Shown here piece after piece: positions 47,501 through 57,544 of a DNA stretch of 64,000 nucleotides (its first letter is position 1; the number at the start of each line of letters is the position of its first letter). Under the pieces are notes generated by a model, which worked only from the letters and a program-made list of their open reading frames with translations, searched no databases and was not told the origin of the DNA. The stretch spans positions 1-64,000 of the IMG/VR virus record IMGVR_UViG_3300035698_016817; one strand, 5' to 3'. The stretch is from a virus. Its lineage: Duplodnaviria; Heunggongvirae; Uroviricota; Caudoviricetes; Crassvirales. The translations under genes and the position numbers were made by a program.

Positions 47501-49645
47501 TATTCGAACTGAATTTGCTTCTGCTTCAGTAGAAGTTCCTATTCCCATAAAACCACATGCTGGAGCCATCCTCCATAATTCACCTAATTGATCTCCGAGT
47601 GATGGTGGATCATAGCAAATAACAGCTTCAACGCCTTCAGGCATGTTTGAGTCATATTGCCATTCTATTTCATCGTAATCATTACATCCAATTTTGTTTT
47701 CTTGAATAAAACGCAAGAGTCTTGTGTTTCCTTCTGGAAGACAAGACCATGCATTGTTTCCAAAAATTTCTGGATTATTAAATCCTGGAGGAAGTGATAA
47801 TTGTGTTTCCCCCATTCCTACTGGAGAAATACCCGCTTGCCAGTCTTGAGCCGCTTGAGCGTCATCATTTCCCCATTTACCTCTTAAAGTCCACTTGTCT
47901 GGCTCGTTGTCTATCCCTCCAAACCAATACCAGTGTACTACGGCGATCCTAGTTGTTTGAACTTCAAGCTCAGAAGCATTACTATCTTTAATAGTCGTCA
48001 AGTCAGCATTTACGTTTGAAGCAAACTTATGGTGCCTGACGTTTACTGGGTTGCCGTTGTTTCCTTGAGGCCTAAGTTGATTTCCTATAACTCCAGGATT
48101 TTCTGCATCGCAAACATTAAAGTCGTCGCTGTCCGGGTAGAACTCATTCATGTTCTCCCAGTAGTTCATTCCAGTAGGAGTTAACATTGAAAAATCATAC
48201 CAGTGGAAAAACATAGATTGATTTTTACCAGCTTTTCCAATTACGTCCCAAGCCCTATTGTTTGCGCTGTTTTGCAATTGATTTTCATTAACTCCAGTTG
48301 GAAACGAAGCTCCATCGTGGTCCCTTACGTCTTCAGTTAAATCCTCTGTATTAATATTTTCTAAAGGTTCTCTTCCAGGTATGTGATAAGCGTAAGACAT
48401 CCTCCCATTATTAAGAACGAATCCTATGTAGAAAGCGTAAATTTCATTACGCGTGTATCCTTTGTAATTAACTATATTCAAAGGGTCTCTGTACCCGTTT
48501 TCAATTACGTCAGTTCCTCCCTTTTTCTTTTCTAAGAAATCGTTATTCATAACCCAAGGATCAAATGGATTTAGAGGTTTAATTGCTGCGCAAGATTTAA
48601 TGTTGTTTGCGTAGCACTGATATCCTAAGTCAAGGGAACCGCTTAAATTTCCAACGTAAAGCGTGTTGTCAAGTTGAGCTATCGTTTTAGCTGTTTCGTA
48701 ATGTGGTGGATCAATTACCAGCTCATCAACAGAAGCCAATCTCCCTGCAGACTCATTTTCAAAGCTAATGCTGAAGCTGCTTCTTCCGCTAATATTGATA
48801 TCGTTAAGCCTCAAAGCAGTTTCTTCGCCTCCTTTGATTATGATTATACCAACAGACAAGTACTCCATGTCTGTATTGATGTTGCTTACTTCCCATTTAA
48901 TGGACTTTCCAGACAACACGTTTGGCTTTGATCCATCGTAGCTTTCAATAGGTACTACGTGTTCTGGAGCGTCTACAATAGGCACTGGATTGGCCACTGT
49001 TGAAAACGGAGTAGTTGTATTGTCGAGATCTGTATACCCCAGACATAGATAATAAACTCCTGTCATCAAGCCTCCTCCCATAAAGACACCTTTGAAGTCT
49101 GCTTTAGGAATAGGTCCAGTGTGTGGAAACAAGTTCAGCCTATCAATAAATTTTCTGTCCGAGCTGTCAATTGGATCGATTCCATAAAGCTTTACTTCTG
49201 AAGATCTTTTTTGACGAGTAAGATTTAATGTTCTTGGAGGATTCAAATTATCCGTCCAGTAAATGACCATGTCTCCGTCTGACTGTAATCTAAAAACACC
49301 TTCAATACCGTGAGTTACTTGAAGGTTTAGATTTGTGTCAGGAATTGGAAGAACAACTAGATTTAAAATAACGTTTATCTGCCCGTTAGAAAAGATAGAC
49401 ACGGTTGATCTGTTTCCGTATTTAGAAAACAGTACTACGCTTTCATTTTCAATAGCTATCGCTCCTATGATGACAGACCCTGGCAATAACCTAGCCAACG
49501 CTTTAGTTCCCGCTTCATTTGTGTAGGCGCCAGAAGTCCTCTGGGTCACTGCGTTTTTTGCAAAACGAACCGCGTCCTGAGGTTGATCATTATGAGATGT
49601 GTCCTTAAACATCCCTCGCACATATCTTAAAACTCCTTTTGCCAT
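44534..49645 (-). CDS. large virion structural protein (1703 aa), tail or baseplate-type
   Basis: 5.1-kb ORF rich in Asn/Gly/Trp/Tyr beta-type composition, placed between the tail-fibre-like genes and the internal proteins. Confidence 0.6.
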   Translation of the reverse strand: MAKGVLRYVRGMFKDTSHNDQPQDAVRFAKNAVTQRTSGAYTNEAGTKALARLLPGSVIIGAIAIENESVVLFSKYGNRSTVSIFSNGQINVILNLVVLPIPDTNLNLQVTHGIEGVFRLQSDGDMVIYWTDNLNPPRTLNLTRQKRSSEVKLYGIDPIDSSDRKFIDRLNLFPHTGPIPKADFKGVFMGGGLMTGVYYLCLGYTDLDNTTTPFSTVANPVPIVDAPEHVVPIESYDGSKPNVLSGKSIKWEVSNINTDMEYLSVGIIIIKGGEETALRLNDINISGRSSFSISFENESAGRLASVDELVIDPPHYETAKTIAQLDNTLYVGNLSGSLDLGYQCYANNIKSCAAIKPLNPFDPWVMNNDFLEKKKGGTDVIENGYRDPLNIVNYKGYTRNEIYAFYIGFVLNNGRMSYAYHIPGREPLENINTEDLTEDVRDHDGASFPTGVNENQLQNSANNRAWDVIGKAGKNQSMFFHWYDFSMLTPTGMNYWENMNEFYPDSDDFNVCDAENPGVIGNQLRPQGNNGNPVNVRHHKFASNVNADLTTIKDSNASELEVQTTRIAVVHWYWFGGIDNEPDKWTLRGKWGNDDAQAAQDWQAGISPVGMGETQLSLPPGFNNPEIFGNNAWSCLPEGNTRLLRFIQENKIGCNDYDEIEWQYDSNMPEGVEAVICYDPPSLGDQLGELWRMAPACGFMGIGTSTEAEANSVRIESVTWEHSVITNQYFPTPVTSLSRNDEPIKSWDPRPGWAAWVECEDRVVSTAPIEHEVQALGICLSDIKIPKEIADKVQGFKIFYAKRTHENRTVLGQSILHGMKDRESMDISGCDSEGDTVGLIDYWLASGLPVMTTENEPRQMFGFHDFYLLNRTMSLANATHVRLQYVTSFFNWSGTTSYYPSKVDTDEENSDNVNGSCYKPQVLTSFHAAGDFFRKKEHLNKVLENKGRAYVVGGTIYDSSQIGFQKAIYNVGGETLIALRTQRNLEYLVSPENAAWRTLRSDHSNPLFHGPYLNTQGEEGREDGLQLYTANLQAFKTDVFSPLDTQDLVWTGYEVLGDDLDKFVVDKDGNSIYGGPDKKFQTDDIYGGDTYICRYGYRMTHREEVNSTGEPNMGSIDHKSVMYTIVESTENINFRHIDSQVQVESSVAADIEEDTNNRPYFPGASLSDTLKPLADVDLTYNPDLETGNIKYNEDYSRLNDIKKILPLPLRLIQPVSFPTTVIRSAQTSANSVIDNFRLFQYDEIAIINNQRGELWKMISLDNMLLFHMENSLYKTKGKQKMKTSDEGDAYIGQGDIFAQTPDEIVHTDAGYLGTRSQWAGTVTPHGYFCVDNRNARVFLVGKGAEDLTGKRYGMEQWFRLNLPFYLQEYGFDGNIDQPVNGMGVHAIWDERYQRVIMTKKDLKPTQLFLDNFVESYTTTIGSIRAANGNFEILRDAPNFGWKAFPIKENEYFKRADWTVSFVTNRSEQGVGVWESFHDYTPLLYTHSGIDIHSFNQGNEYIHRHNNDEAMGVFYGERYNFEVEMVHNQPAGVNKLYSSLEYLVDVYDNVNGKFTRKDLHAGFNNFIIYNSDANSGDTLIEYMINVRKTEGRWKINQFRDMSSEIANVSPYYVGPHAGGNYNIPNVNLSGGITNEVPTTANIDMFNIEGMNEDLNPNYIDPTKVWYKQGKFTDLFLAVRLISNNSDNKLINLYNSFTNFRPQER

Positions 49646-49646
49646 C

Positions 49647-50615
49647 TTAAATGTTGTCAGGGGTGAATTGCTCTCTAGTGTTTAAGTCCTTGAAGAATGT
49701 TGAATGTGAATTCATGTTTGGAACTAGTCTTACCCACTGGTCCATGAAAGATTGGTATCTATCTATGTCGGGATAGTTTGCTGCGTTTCTAGCTTGCGTG
49801 CAGTAGTTTCTCCACTCGTTTTCTGCGTACTCATAACTGATTTTTTCATTGGCTAGTTTATAGCCTCCAAGCTTAAGTTTCTTTACGATGTACCACATCA
49901 TCGCTTCTCTGTAAGAAATATCATCCGGAACCATTGGCCAGCAATTCTCATCAACAGGAAAGGCCATGTAGCTAATGCATATCTGACCGGTCACAAAAGA
50001 AGTCTTGATTGCTCCGCAATTCACGATGTAAGTTTCTTCTGATTTAGCGAATTCATTCACGCAATCTTCGCAATGAAGTGAGCTATGAAATGTGTCTGTT
50101 CCATATTGTAAAGGAGACAGGCAGTTTCCGTTTTGATTAAAATAACTGCTTTGTAGTATCGCCATAGAAGAGTTAAGCTCTCTGAGCTGAAGCCTGTTTG
50201 ACTGATCCTGACTGTCAAAGGCCTCTAAGTCTTCTGGGGTTAAGGTAGAGTTGTAAGTCCCGTTTGCTGAAAGAGTAACGTCTTTGTTTAGCTCGGTGTA
50301 ATAAAGATGAAGGTTGCTGTTAAGAGCAGATATCTGAGATGAAATTTTGTTCATCCTGCTTACGGTGGCTGGGCTTACGCACGTGTTTATAGCAACTTGG
50401 TTTATGAAGTATAAATCACCTGGTAATTTTCCTGTGTAATTTTCAATGTCAATCACGCATTTTTTCATGCATAATTGAGACGAAGCCCCTATGTGTTCTA
50501 GCGCTTCACCAATCCATTCTATGCCATCATGAAGCCAATCGGCCGTGGCCGGCTTAAGGTCTCTAAACACCTTTCGAATGATTTCTTTGCTTGATACATG
50601 TTTATAGATTGCCAT
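49647..50615 (-). CDS. virion structural protein (322 aa)
   Basis: ORF that is coupled to its neighbours. Confidence 0.5.
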   Translation of the reverse strand: MAIYKHVSSKEIIRKVFRDLKPATADWLHDGIEWIGEALEHIGASSQLCMKKCVIDIENYTGKLPGDLYFINQVAINTCVSPATVSRMNKISSQISALNSNLHLYYTELNKDVTLSANGTYNSTLTPEDLEAFDSQDQSNRLQLRELNSSMAILQSSYFNQNGNCLSPLQYGTDTFHSSLHCEDCVNEFAKSEETYIVNCGAIKTSFVTGQICISYMAFPVDENCWPMVPDDISYREAMMWYIVKKLKLGGYKLANEKISYEYAENEWRNYCTQARNAANYPDIDRYQSFMDQWVRLVPNMNSHSTFFKDLNTREQFTPDNI

Positions 50616-51111
50616 TTTTTGAACTCATTAAGGGTTTGTAATCCAAGTACGCAAGATCGTCTTTATTTATAATAGCTGTTAAGCGCTCTACCGGACTATT
50701 TCCTTTTGCGCCTCTTGCTGCATCAAATCTATAAACGAACTTGTTTGATACTTTGCACTGCTCTTTAACCCACCTAAATCTTAAGTAGTATTCAGAAGTG
50801 TAGTATACAAAGTACTTATGCCCCTCCCCTGTTTCGTGATCGTATAGCTTTTTTCCTTCAGCTAACAATTCAGCTTTAAGTTCTAGCGTTGTCTTCCAAT
50901 TTACTTTTAGATTTGCTGGATCTCTTTTATTTCTTACAACACTCAAAGTAGACATGTTGTGTTTCATGTTAAACACTTTCCCTTCTAACAAGAGTTGAGT
51001 CACGTTTTTGTTAAACTTGCAAATTAGCTCGACAAAAACATTGTAAGTGATTACGTGCTCACCGTTCTCTTTACAGAACAGCTGATACATTTCTTTCCTA
51101 CCTCTTGGCAT
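50602..51111 (-). CDS. virion structural protein (169 aa)
   Basis: ORF that is coupled to its neighbours. Confidence 0.45.
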   Translation of the reverse strand: MPRGRKEMYQLFCKENGEHVITYNVFVELICKFNKNVTQLLLEGKVFNMKHNMSTLSVVRNKRDPANLKVNWKTTLELKAELLAEGKKLYDHETGEGHKYFVYYTSEYYLRFRWVKEQCKVSNKFVYRFDAARGAKGNSPVERLTAIINKDDLAYLDYKPLMSSKNGNL

Positions 51112-51790
51112 TTTGAGGGGCTGTTTCTACATGAGAGTCTTCAATATTGTCATTCTCTGTGTCTGACCTTGTCTGAGCAATCATCATGAACGACCCTTTA
51201 AGAAGGTTGTCTGTAATGACAGGGACTAAGTCTGCAGAGATAGGGTAATCACTATCCTCGTCAAAACAATCGCTTCCGTCACAATCAAATTTAGCGGCCT
51301 CCATTGGTTGCTCTAGTATACCTCTTACATTGATTGTGTCCATTCCTTTAGGATTGTGCACGTACAAGTAATCTTCAATCATATACGCCTTTGTCTCGTT
51401 CTTTGTGAATCGATCAAAAGGCAAGAATTGAATAGCAACGTTATCAATTACCGGTATTGTATTTAGCCCACCGATGTCCTGAACTGTTATTGCCTCAGAC
51501 TGATTGAATCTAATCATTCTTGGAAGCTTAACGACCGTTCTTGATACGACACAGTCAAGAGGTAAATTGCAACACTTTGAAGCGTTTACGCTAGTAAGCT
51601 CTATGCATCCTAAATCTTGCTCAAAATGCCTAGTGACTATTCCGTTTCTTTGAAAGTCCCTGCGTATCAGCATGGCCCTGTAATAATCCACGTTGAACTC
51701 TACTTGACGTAAAGAAATGTGATCGTTATTAGTTGATCTACCTCCCCTAAGGGTGTTTAAGATATTGTATGCGATTTCCTTACGTGTCAT
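51098..51790 (-). CDS. virion structural protein (230 aa)
   Basis: ORF that is coupled to its neighbours. Confidence 0.45.
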   Translation of the reverse strand: MTRKEIAYNILNTLRGGRSTNNDHISLRQVEFNVDYYRAMLIRRDFQRNGIVTRHFEQDLGCIELTSVNASKCCNLPLDCVVSRTVVKLPRMIRFNQSEAITVQDIGGLNTIPVIDNVAIQFLPFDRFTKNETKAYMIEDYLYVHNPKGMDTINVRGILEQPMEAAKFDCDGSDCFDEDSDYPISADLVPVITDNLLKGSFMMIAQTRSDTENDNIEDSHVETAPQNAKR

Positions 51791-52473
51791 TACAAGCTTT
51801 TAAGTTCACCTTTTGCAATTACATACACTAAGTCTTCTACGCTTGCTAGCTTTATTCTTAAGCTAAAAGTTTCTCCTTGAGTAAAGTTTATATTACCGTC
51901 AAAATCAGAACCTTGATAGTAAACAGAAGTTGCGCCATATTTTGTTTTGCAAACTTCCACGACGAAGTCTACAATAGCGTTTCCTGGGGTAACGCTAATA
52001 TTATGCAAAACAAATATTTTACCTTTTGGAACTGTGTATCTACAAGATTGAGAAGCTCCCATTTCAATAGGAATTAAATCGTAAACTACGTCTGGAACTC
52101 CTGAAGTAAAGTTTCCGGTTCCGACAGATATAACTCCTTTGTTAACTCCTAAGGAACCGCATTCTACAATTTCAATTGACTCTATAGCCGTTAAATTATT
52201 TGGCAACTCGACTGGAGTTGTACCATTAAGAGCGAGCAAGTAATCAGATTCTTGAAGGTTACTGTTTAGACATCTTATTCGTACAAAGCGAGCCCCAGTG
52301 CCATTCACTGAGTCTTCAGCATCAGAGCTCGCAAAACTATACGAAAGCATGTTTTCCGGAATACTCAAAATAGAGTTGCCAGGCCAAACCGTGCGAAGAG
52401 CAGAAGCTGCTTCGCCTTGACCTGATATTGAAAGTTCAGTGCGACCTACTATATTTTGAGTTTTCCAAATCAT
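51790..52473 (-). CDS. virion structural protein (227 aa)
   Basis: ORF that is coupled to its neighbours. Confidence 0.45.
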   Translation of the reverse strand: MIWKTQNIVGRTELSISGQGEAASALRTVWPGNSILSIPENMLSYSFASSDAEDSVNGTGARFVRIRCLNSNLQESDYLLALNGTTPVELPNNLTAIESIEIVECGSLGVNKGVISVGTGNFTSGVPDVVYDLIPIEMGASQSCRYTVPKGKIFVLHNISVTPGNAIVDFVVEVCKTKYGATSVYYQGSDFDGNINFTQGETFSLRIKLASVEDLVYVIAKGELKSL

Positions 52474-52474
52474 T

Positions 52475-52975
52475 TTAGTACAAAAGATCTTCTAGTGCAA
52501 GAATCTGTCTTGCATTAATTCCTGCAGGAAGACAACTTCTTGGAATTCCGTAAAGCTTTAATTGGATTTTGTTTGCAAGCATTTCTCTAGTGCTAGCAAT
52601 TTGCTCTCCTCTTGCTTTTACAACTTCAGAATGATCTGCTTCAATTGCTGCAATTTTCTGAGGGTCTCCACCGGCTTCAGTTTGAACTCTCTGAATTACC
52701 TTTTCAAATTCTTTTGAAGGCTTCATCATTTCATTCAGCGGGTCAAGTGCGACCGTTAGCTTCTTAATGTTTGAAGCTACCTTCTCAGCAAATTTCTTGC
52801 CTGGAAGATCCATTGTTCCTTGTAAAGCATTCATTACGTCAACGTAATATTGCAATGATTTGCCCTCCCCGACAGCTTCTTTTGTGTCTTCTTTTTCAAC
52901 TACTTCTAAGCTCATTATAATTTTTTTAGGTGTGATCAGGCTATTACTATATTGTTTTGTCCAACGACAAACCAT
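52475..52975 (-). CDS. hypothetical virion protein (166 aa)
   Basis: ORF. Confidence 0.45.
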   Translation of the reverse strand: MVCRWTKQYSNSLITPKKIIMSLEVVEKEDTKEAVGEGKSLQYYVDVMNALQGTMDLPGKKFAEKVASNIKKLTVALDPLNEMMKPSKEFEKVIQRVQTEAGGDPQKIAAIEADHSEVVKARGEQIASTREMLANKIQLKLYGIPRSCLPAGINARQILALEDLLY

Positions 52976-54312
52976 AGCCCATTTGTGAACATCAAATGTA
53001 CAGTATCTCCGACAGCATTAAAAGTGATGTTTGAACCTCCAGCTAAATTGTCTGGGGTAAGAACCCCTGATCCGCCCCCACCTGCTATGTGCATGATGTA
53101 TTTGTGTTGTCCTTCTGTACCGTCTTCAAGAGTCAAAGCGTTTGCTCCAGTATCGGTAAAATGAGACTTAGAAGAAACGATGTCAATTGCTCCAGCACCA
53201 ACAAGATTTTGAGCTGTTTTGGTTTCAGCTAAGAAACCGGCTGCAACATTAACGTTTCCGTTCTTGTCTGCAACAAGAGACTCTATTGCTAATCCTGCTT
53301 TGTAGATTCTAAGCTTTACTGCTCCTCCGATAATTGGAGCGTTTGCAACTCCAGCGTCTAGAATCACATCTCCAGATTGCCCAGCGCCTGTTCCTGCTCC
53401 TGCTCTAAGATAGAAGTCTCCACCGTCTTGGTCTCCAGTACCTCCGGTTCCCGCAATAATACTTAAGTCAGCTCCTGCAACTCCATCATTTGGGGATTTT
53501 ACTACAATAAACTGGTTCTTGTAATTGTTTGGATTTCCAAGTGCTAACGCTGTACTAGCGTCTCCGCCAAGAGTAAGTTGGGCTGACAAAGATGGAATTG
53601 TAGGTAAATTATCTCCAATAAAAACTCGACCTGAAGCGTTTACAGTCATACCCATGTCTGTTCCGTTTCCTGAGATCCAAGAAACTCCAGCTGAGTAATT
53701 TAGATTTATCCCAAATCCAGCAGTGTTTAATTCTTCAGCTAATTGAGATAAGTTTGCAGCAATTTCAATTGTTCCTGGTCCATTAGTGATAGTAACGTTA
53801 GAACCCGCTGTCAAAGTACCTATTGAAGGAATTCCTGTTGAGGAATTACCAATTGGAAGAACTCCGTTTAAATTCATTTCGCTTGAAGCAGCAATAGAAT
53901 CTATTTCGTCACTGTAAAGAAGACACCCTTTTGGAATAGTGTTTAATCCAGTTCCTCCATTTGCAACTCCTAACAATCCTTCGGCCGCACTAAGATCAAC
54001 TGTTTTTAAGAAGCCAGCAACTGAGTTGTCACACAAATCTAAATCTAAGTCAGCAGGAACCAAATTTAAAGTAATTGCCGAAGTGTCATCTGCGGAAGTG
54101 ATGGTTATTACTGAAGTTCCTGAAGCAAGAGCCTTTAAATTAATTTGGTTCTTGTTTGTAATTGGAGCGTATAACGCAACCCCTATTCCAACAGCGGCTA
54201 CCGCAGGAAACAAAGACATTAATTGGAACTTTTTCTTGCCTGTAATAGCAAGATAATCGTTGCTAGCTACATCTGTTTTAAGCAGTGACGCCCATTGTGA
54301 TACTTCTGACAT
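52936..54312 (-). CDS. tail-fibre-like protein (458 aa)
   Basis: Gly/Thr/Ala-rich repetitive beta-type sequence (GGTGLNTIP, GTGGTGDQDGGDFYLRAGAGTGAGQSGD), typical of phage fibre or beta-helix proteins. Confidence 0.5.
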   Translation of the reverse strand: MSEVSQWASLLKTDVASNDYLAITGKKKFQLMSLFPAVAAVGIGVALYAPITNKNQINLKALASGTSVITITSADDTSAITLNLVPADLDLDLCDNSVAGFLKTVDLSAAEGLLGVANGGTGLNTIPKGCLLYSDEIDSIAASSEMNLNGVLPIGNSSTGIPSIGTLTAGSNVTITNGPGTIEIAANLSQLAEELNTAGFGINLNYSAGVSWISGNGTDMGMTVNASGRVFIGDNLPTIPSLSAQLTLGGDASTALALGNPNNYKNQFIVVKSPNDGVAGADLSIIAGTGGTGDQDGGDFYLRAGAGTGAGQSGDVILDAGVANAPIIGGAVKLRIYKAGLAIESLVADKNGNVNVAAGFLAETKTAQNLVGAGAIDIVSSKSHFTDTGANALTLEDGTEGQHKYIMHIAGGGGSGVLTPDNLAGGSNITFNAVGDTVHLMFTNGLWFVVGQNNIVIA

Positions 54313-54322
54313 GGTGGTTTAT

Positions 54323-57300
54323 TTAAAAAATTGGTTCGTCATTATTTATAGATATGGCGCTTCCTTGCATAGTCGCTCCACTTGAAATTGAAATAGTTTC
54401 CACAGGTACTCTAGGGGCCGCAGCTCCAGGAAGACCACAATCTTTACAGATTTTTTCTATCCAAGCAATATAAGAATCGATTCTGTTTATACCTCCTTCA
54501 ACTCCTATGGTCTCTGTTGGTTCTGGACATAAAGACCAAGAATCAGATCCAACTACATTTTTAGAGGGAGGTGATGAAGCCGTGTCAATCCAAGTATAGT
54601 AATTGTCTTCGAACAGCACCATTTGACCGGTACTATAAGCACTTGATTGGTTCCAAACTAAAGAACCACCTAGAATCCATTGATCCTTACAAGTGCTAAG
54701 TCCTGGAGCCAAAGAACCAATTTCAGGAGTTAATGAATCTGCACAATTATACAGGCATTCGAGTCCTTTTCTTGAGAATAAATACTTTATCAAACTCAGC
54801 AACCTTGTTGAGTTGTCGTTGCAATCCGTTACTCTTCCAGACTTAAGGTTTGTAAGGAACTTAGACGTAAGAGAGCTTAAACACGCATTGATGTTGTTTT
54901 CAATAACATTTATTTCTGTTGGTATACAAGGGGATGGTTTAATTCTGTATTCACAAACTCCGGTATAAGTGTCTGCGGGATACCTGACTACATCGTAATA
55001 CTCTGCTGGAATATTAGCTGTCAAGTCGTGATTAGAAGCGTTTTTATCCATGCAACCAAACACTATGCCTTTTGTTTTTCCAAACCAAAACATATCAGTA
55101 CAGCCTTCTAAAGTTGTCAATACTACGTTCCAAACTCCGTTATCAAGAGACGGTGGCGTATCTCCGTAAGTAACGACCACTGTTTCTCCTGTTGTCGTGT
55201 TGGTGTACAAAAGACTATAAGAAGCAGGAGCTGCACCTACAAATATGATTGACGGAACTCCAGATCCAGTTAAAGAAATGGCCAATATGTAAGTTGCATC
55301 ACATTCAGGAAGACAAAGTCCGCTGTCTACGTTTGCAAGAGGGTCAAAGTTTGGAGACAATGGGTTTGTGCAACCCGTTATTCCATAAATACAAGTCCCG
55401 TTTTCAATTGTAGCTGTTGGGTCATAGTTTGCAGCGGTTATGTCCGTGCACCCAGGAACCCCGTAAAAACAAGAGCCATCATTAAATGTTGGAACTACGC
55501 TAAAGTTTACAGCTGCAGGGTCCGTGCATCCTCCAATCTCTGTCGGGGGCAAAACCTCCTCACACTCAAGCATTTCTGCTGTTACGTCAAACTCTTCGTA
55601 ATAGTCAATGCACTCTGGGTTTGTGTAGTTAATTCTAACAACAAATTGATCTCCTGCGCCAACAACTGGCGGAGCGGGGACAACAGTACCATTTAAAGTA
55701 AATATGGTTTCAGTGATGCTGTTATTCGCAGAATTAGCAATGTTTAAAGAAGATTGTCCGCTGCAAGGGTTAATTGCAAATACTAAATTTGGATTGCAAA
55801 CTTCTGGAGTTACTTCTTCTTCTGTTAATTCAAACCTGTAAGAGCTTACACATAAATCTCCTTTAGAAAATATTTGAATTACGTAATGCCCGGCTGGTAA
55901 ATTGTCAAAAGTGTAGTTTGGAGAACTAACTGAATTTCCGTCTTGAATTGCAGGGTCTGTTGGATTTCCAGTAGGACCTACTACTTCGTACAAATACATG
56001 TTAAATTCTCCATTTAAAAAAGAGAAAATGTTTGGATAAGTTCCTCCTCCAAAGGTGTTGTTTACAATTCCGTTGAACACAATTGAACCGTCAGAAGCTC
56101 CGTTTATGCTTGGGTTGTTTGTAGTTGAATTCGTGTTTAGAATAAGGTTGTCTCCTGTTTGAACTCCGTCTACAGTAATGTATCCTTCTGCGCAACTAAG
56201 ACATATTCCGCAAGGATCTAAATCTGCAGGGTCTCCTGCGGGCGCTTGGTAGTTTAAAGACCCTTCTACGTTGCAAACGCAGGTCTGTCTTTTGTCTAAA
56301 ATTTCAGGTACAACAAAAGGTATTCTGTCTTTGGTCTGAGTAGCGTCATCAACTATTTCGATAACGTAAGGGCGTTCAGCGTGAGGAAGATCTGTCCATT
56401 TTATATTGGTGTGGTTTACGCCATTAAAAGTAGTTGTCCCTCCGTATGTTACCCCTGGTGGTACAATAAGGTTGTAACTGAATGTAGAATCGTTTAGAGG
56501 CGGATAAATTGGTCTCTTGTAAATCTCTTCAGATGTATTTGAGTCAAGCTGTGTTTTTGCTGGTGACGCTGCGTTACTGTAAACTATAGCTTCAACAACA
56601 ACTTGAGCGCCATCATCAGTATCTATTTTCAGATACGTTTGAAATGGAATTGAATTAACTGCGCACGTCCCCTCAGACCAGATTACAGGATATTTTCCAT
56701 CCAAGTAATCTTGAGGAATTGTGCTTCCTGCAGAGTCAAGGCCAGTAGTTCTAAAGTAACTTGGAGAAGACGATTCGGTGCAGACGTCAAAAACTCTTTT
56801 GTTACCTTCTTTTGTTTGACTGAGAACTCCTTTAGACCAAGTAAAGAAAGAAAAAACCGTTAGGCCTTCGTTTTCTAAAGCAGACATAAATAATTCTGCT
56901 CCAGAAGCGTATTCGTTTACATTGTCCAACACATGCATAAAAGTTGCGTGTTGGATTTGATTTGTTTCAGAAGAAGGAACTCCTCCGTCAAATCCATTTT
57001 TAGCCCACAGCTTTCTTATGTTAGTTGAGTCATGAACTGCAAACGTTCTACCTCCACCAGACCTCCAGACCTTTTCAAAACCAAAGGCATTATCTGGATC
57101 GCTGTGAGCCATAACAGCAACTTGCGCTTCAGGAAAGCTTTTGTCTTGGGCTGTTACTAATTCAGTTCTAGAAGCAAATAAAGACTCTCCTCCGTTGACA
57201 AATCCCGGTAATAATTGAATTAGATCGTTGTCAGGAAGCCCTCTTTTTAAGGGAGGAAGCATAATCGTGATTTCTTCTTCGTCACCAGACTTAAAGTAAA

Positions 57301-57544
57301 TTCGAAACGTTTTCTGTCCTACTGCTTTAGTGTTCTTGTAGGTTATAGAAATGCTTTGTCTTGAATAAAAAATTTCAAAAGTCTCCTTTGAACTTGGCGA
57401 GCCTATTTCTGTAATAGACGCCATTTCATCATAGCCTTTGTCTTTAGCAAAGGAGAATCTAATCCCAAGACCTTGGTCTTTTGTTCCTCTTACAACAGAT
57501 CCTATTATGTGTTTTGGCTTTTCCATTAGCATCCGCATCCGCAA
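54323..57544 (-). CDS. tail fibre / receptor-binding-like protein (about 1070 aa) with tandem Cys-pair repeats; start probably at the internal ATG near 57526
   Basis: Three tandem roughly 22-aa repeats GCT(D/N)xxAxN(F/Y)(D/S)P.A....G.C at aa 671-745 (nt about 55309-55534). Many paired cysteines. The N-terminal MRMRM overlaps the upstream gene. Confidence 0.55.
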   Translation of the reverse strand: MRMRMLMEKPKHIIGSVVRGTKDQGLGIRFSFAKDKGYDEMASITEIGSPSSKETFEIFYSRQSISITYKNTKAVGQKTFRIYFKSGDEEEITIMLPPLKRGLPDNDLIQLLPGFVNGGESLFASRTELVTAQDKSFPEAQVAVMAHSDPDNAFGFEKVWRSGGGRTFAVHDSTNIRKLWAKNGFDGGVPSSETNQIQHATFMHVLDNVNEYASGAELFMSALENEGLTVFSFFTWSKGVLSQTKEGNKRVFDVCTESSSPSYFRTTGLDSAGSTIPQDYLDGKYPVIWSEGTCAVNSIPFQTYLKIDTDDGAQVVVEAIVYSNAASPAKTQLDSNTSEEIYKRPIYPPLNDSTFSYNLIVPPGVTYGGTTTFNGVNHTNIKWTDLPHAERPYVIEIVDDATQTKDRIPFVVPEILDKRQTCVCNVEGSLNYQAPAGDPADLDPCGICLSCAEGYITVDGVQTGDNLILNTNSTTNNPSINGASDGSIVFNGIVNNTFGGGTYPNIFSFLNGEFNMYLYEVVGPTGNPTDPAIQDGNSVSSPNYTFDNLPAGHYVIQIFSKGDLCVSSYRFELTEEEVTPEVCNPNLVFAINPCSGQSSLNIANSANNSITETIFTLNGTVVPAPPVVGAGDQFVVRINYTNPECIDYYEEFDVTAEMLECEEVLPPTEIGGCTDPAAVNFSVVPTFNDGSCFYGVPGCTDITAANYDPTATIENGTCIYGITGCTNPLSPNFDPLANVDSGLCLPECDATYILAISLTGSGVPSIIFVGAAPASYSLLYTNTTTGETVVVTYGDTPPSLDNGVWNVVLTTLEGCTDMFWFGKTKGIVFGCMDKNASNHDLTANIPAEYYDVVRYPADTYTGVCEYRIKPSPCIPTEINVIENNINACLSSLTSKFLTNLKSGRVTDCNDNSTRLLSLIKYLFSRKGLECLYNCADSLTPEIGSLAPGLSTCKDQWILGGSLVWNQSSAYSTGQMVLFEDNYYTWIDTASSPPSKNVVGSDSWSLCPEPTETIGVEGGINRIDSYIAWIEKICKDCGLPGAAAPRVPVETISISSGATMQGSAISINNDEPIF

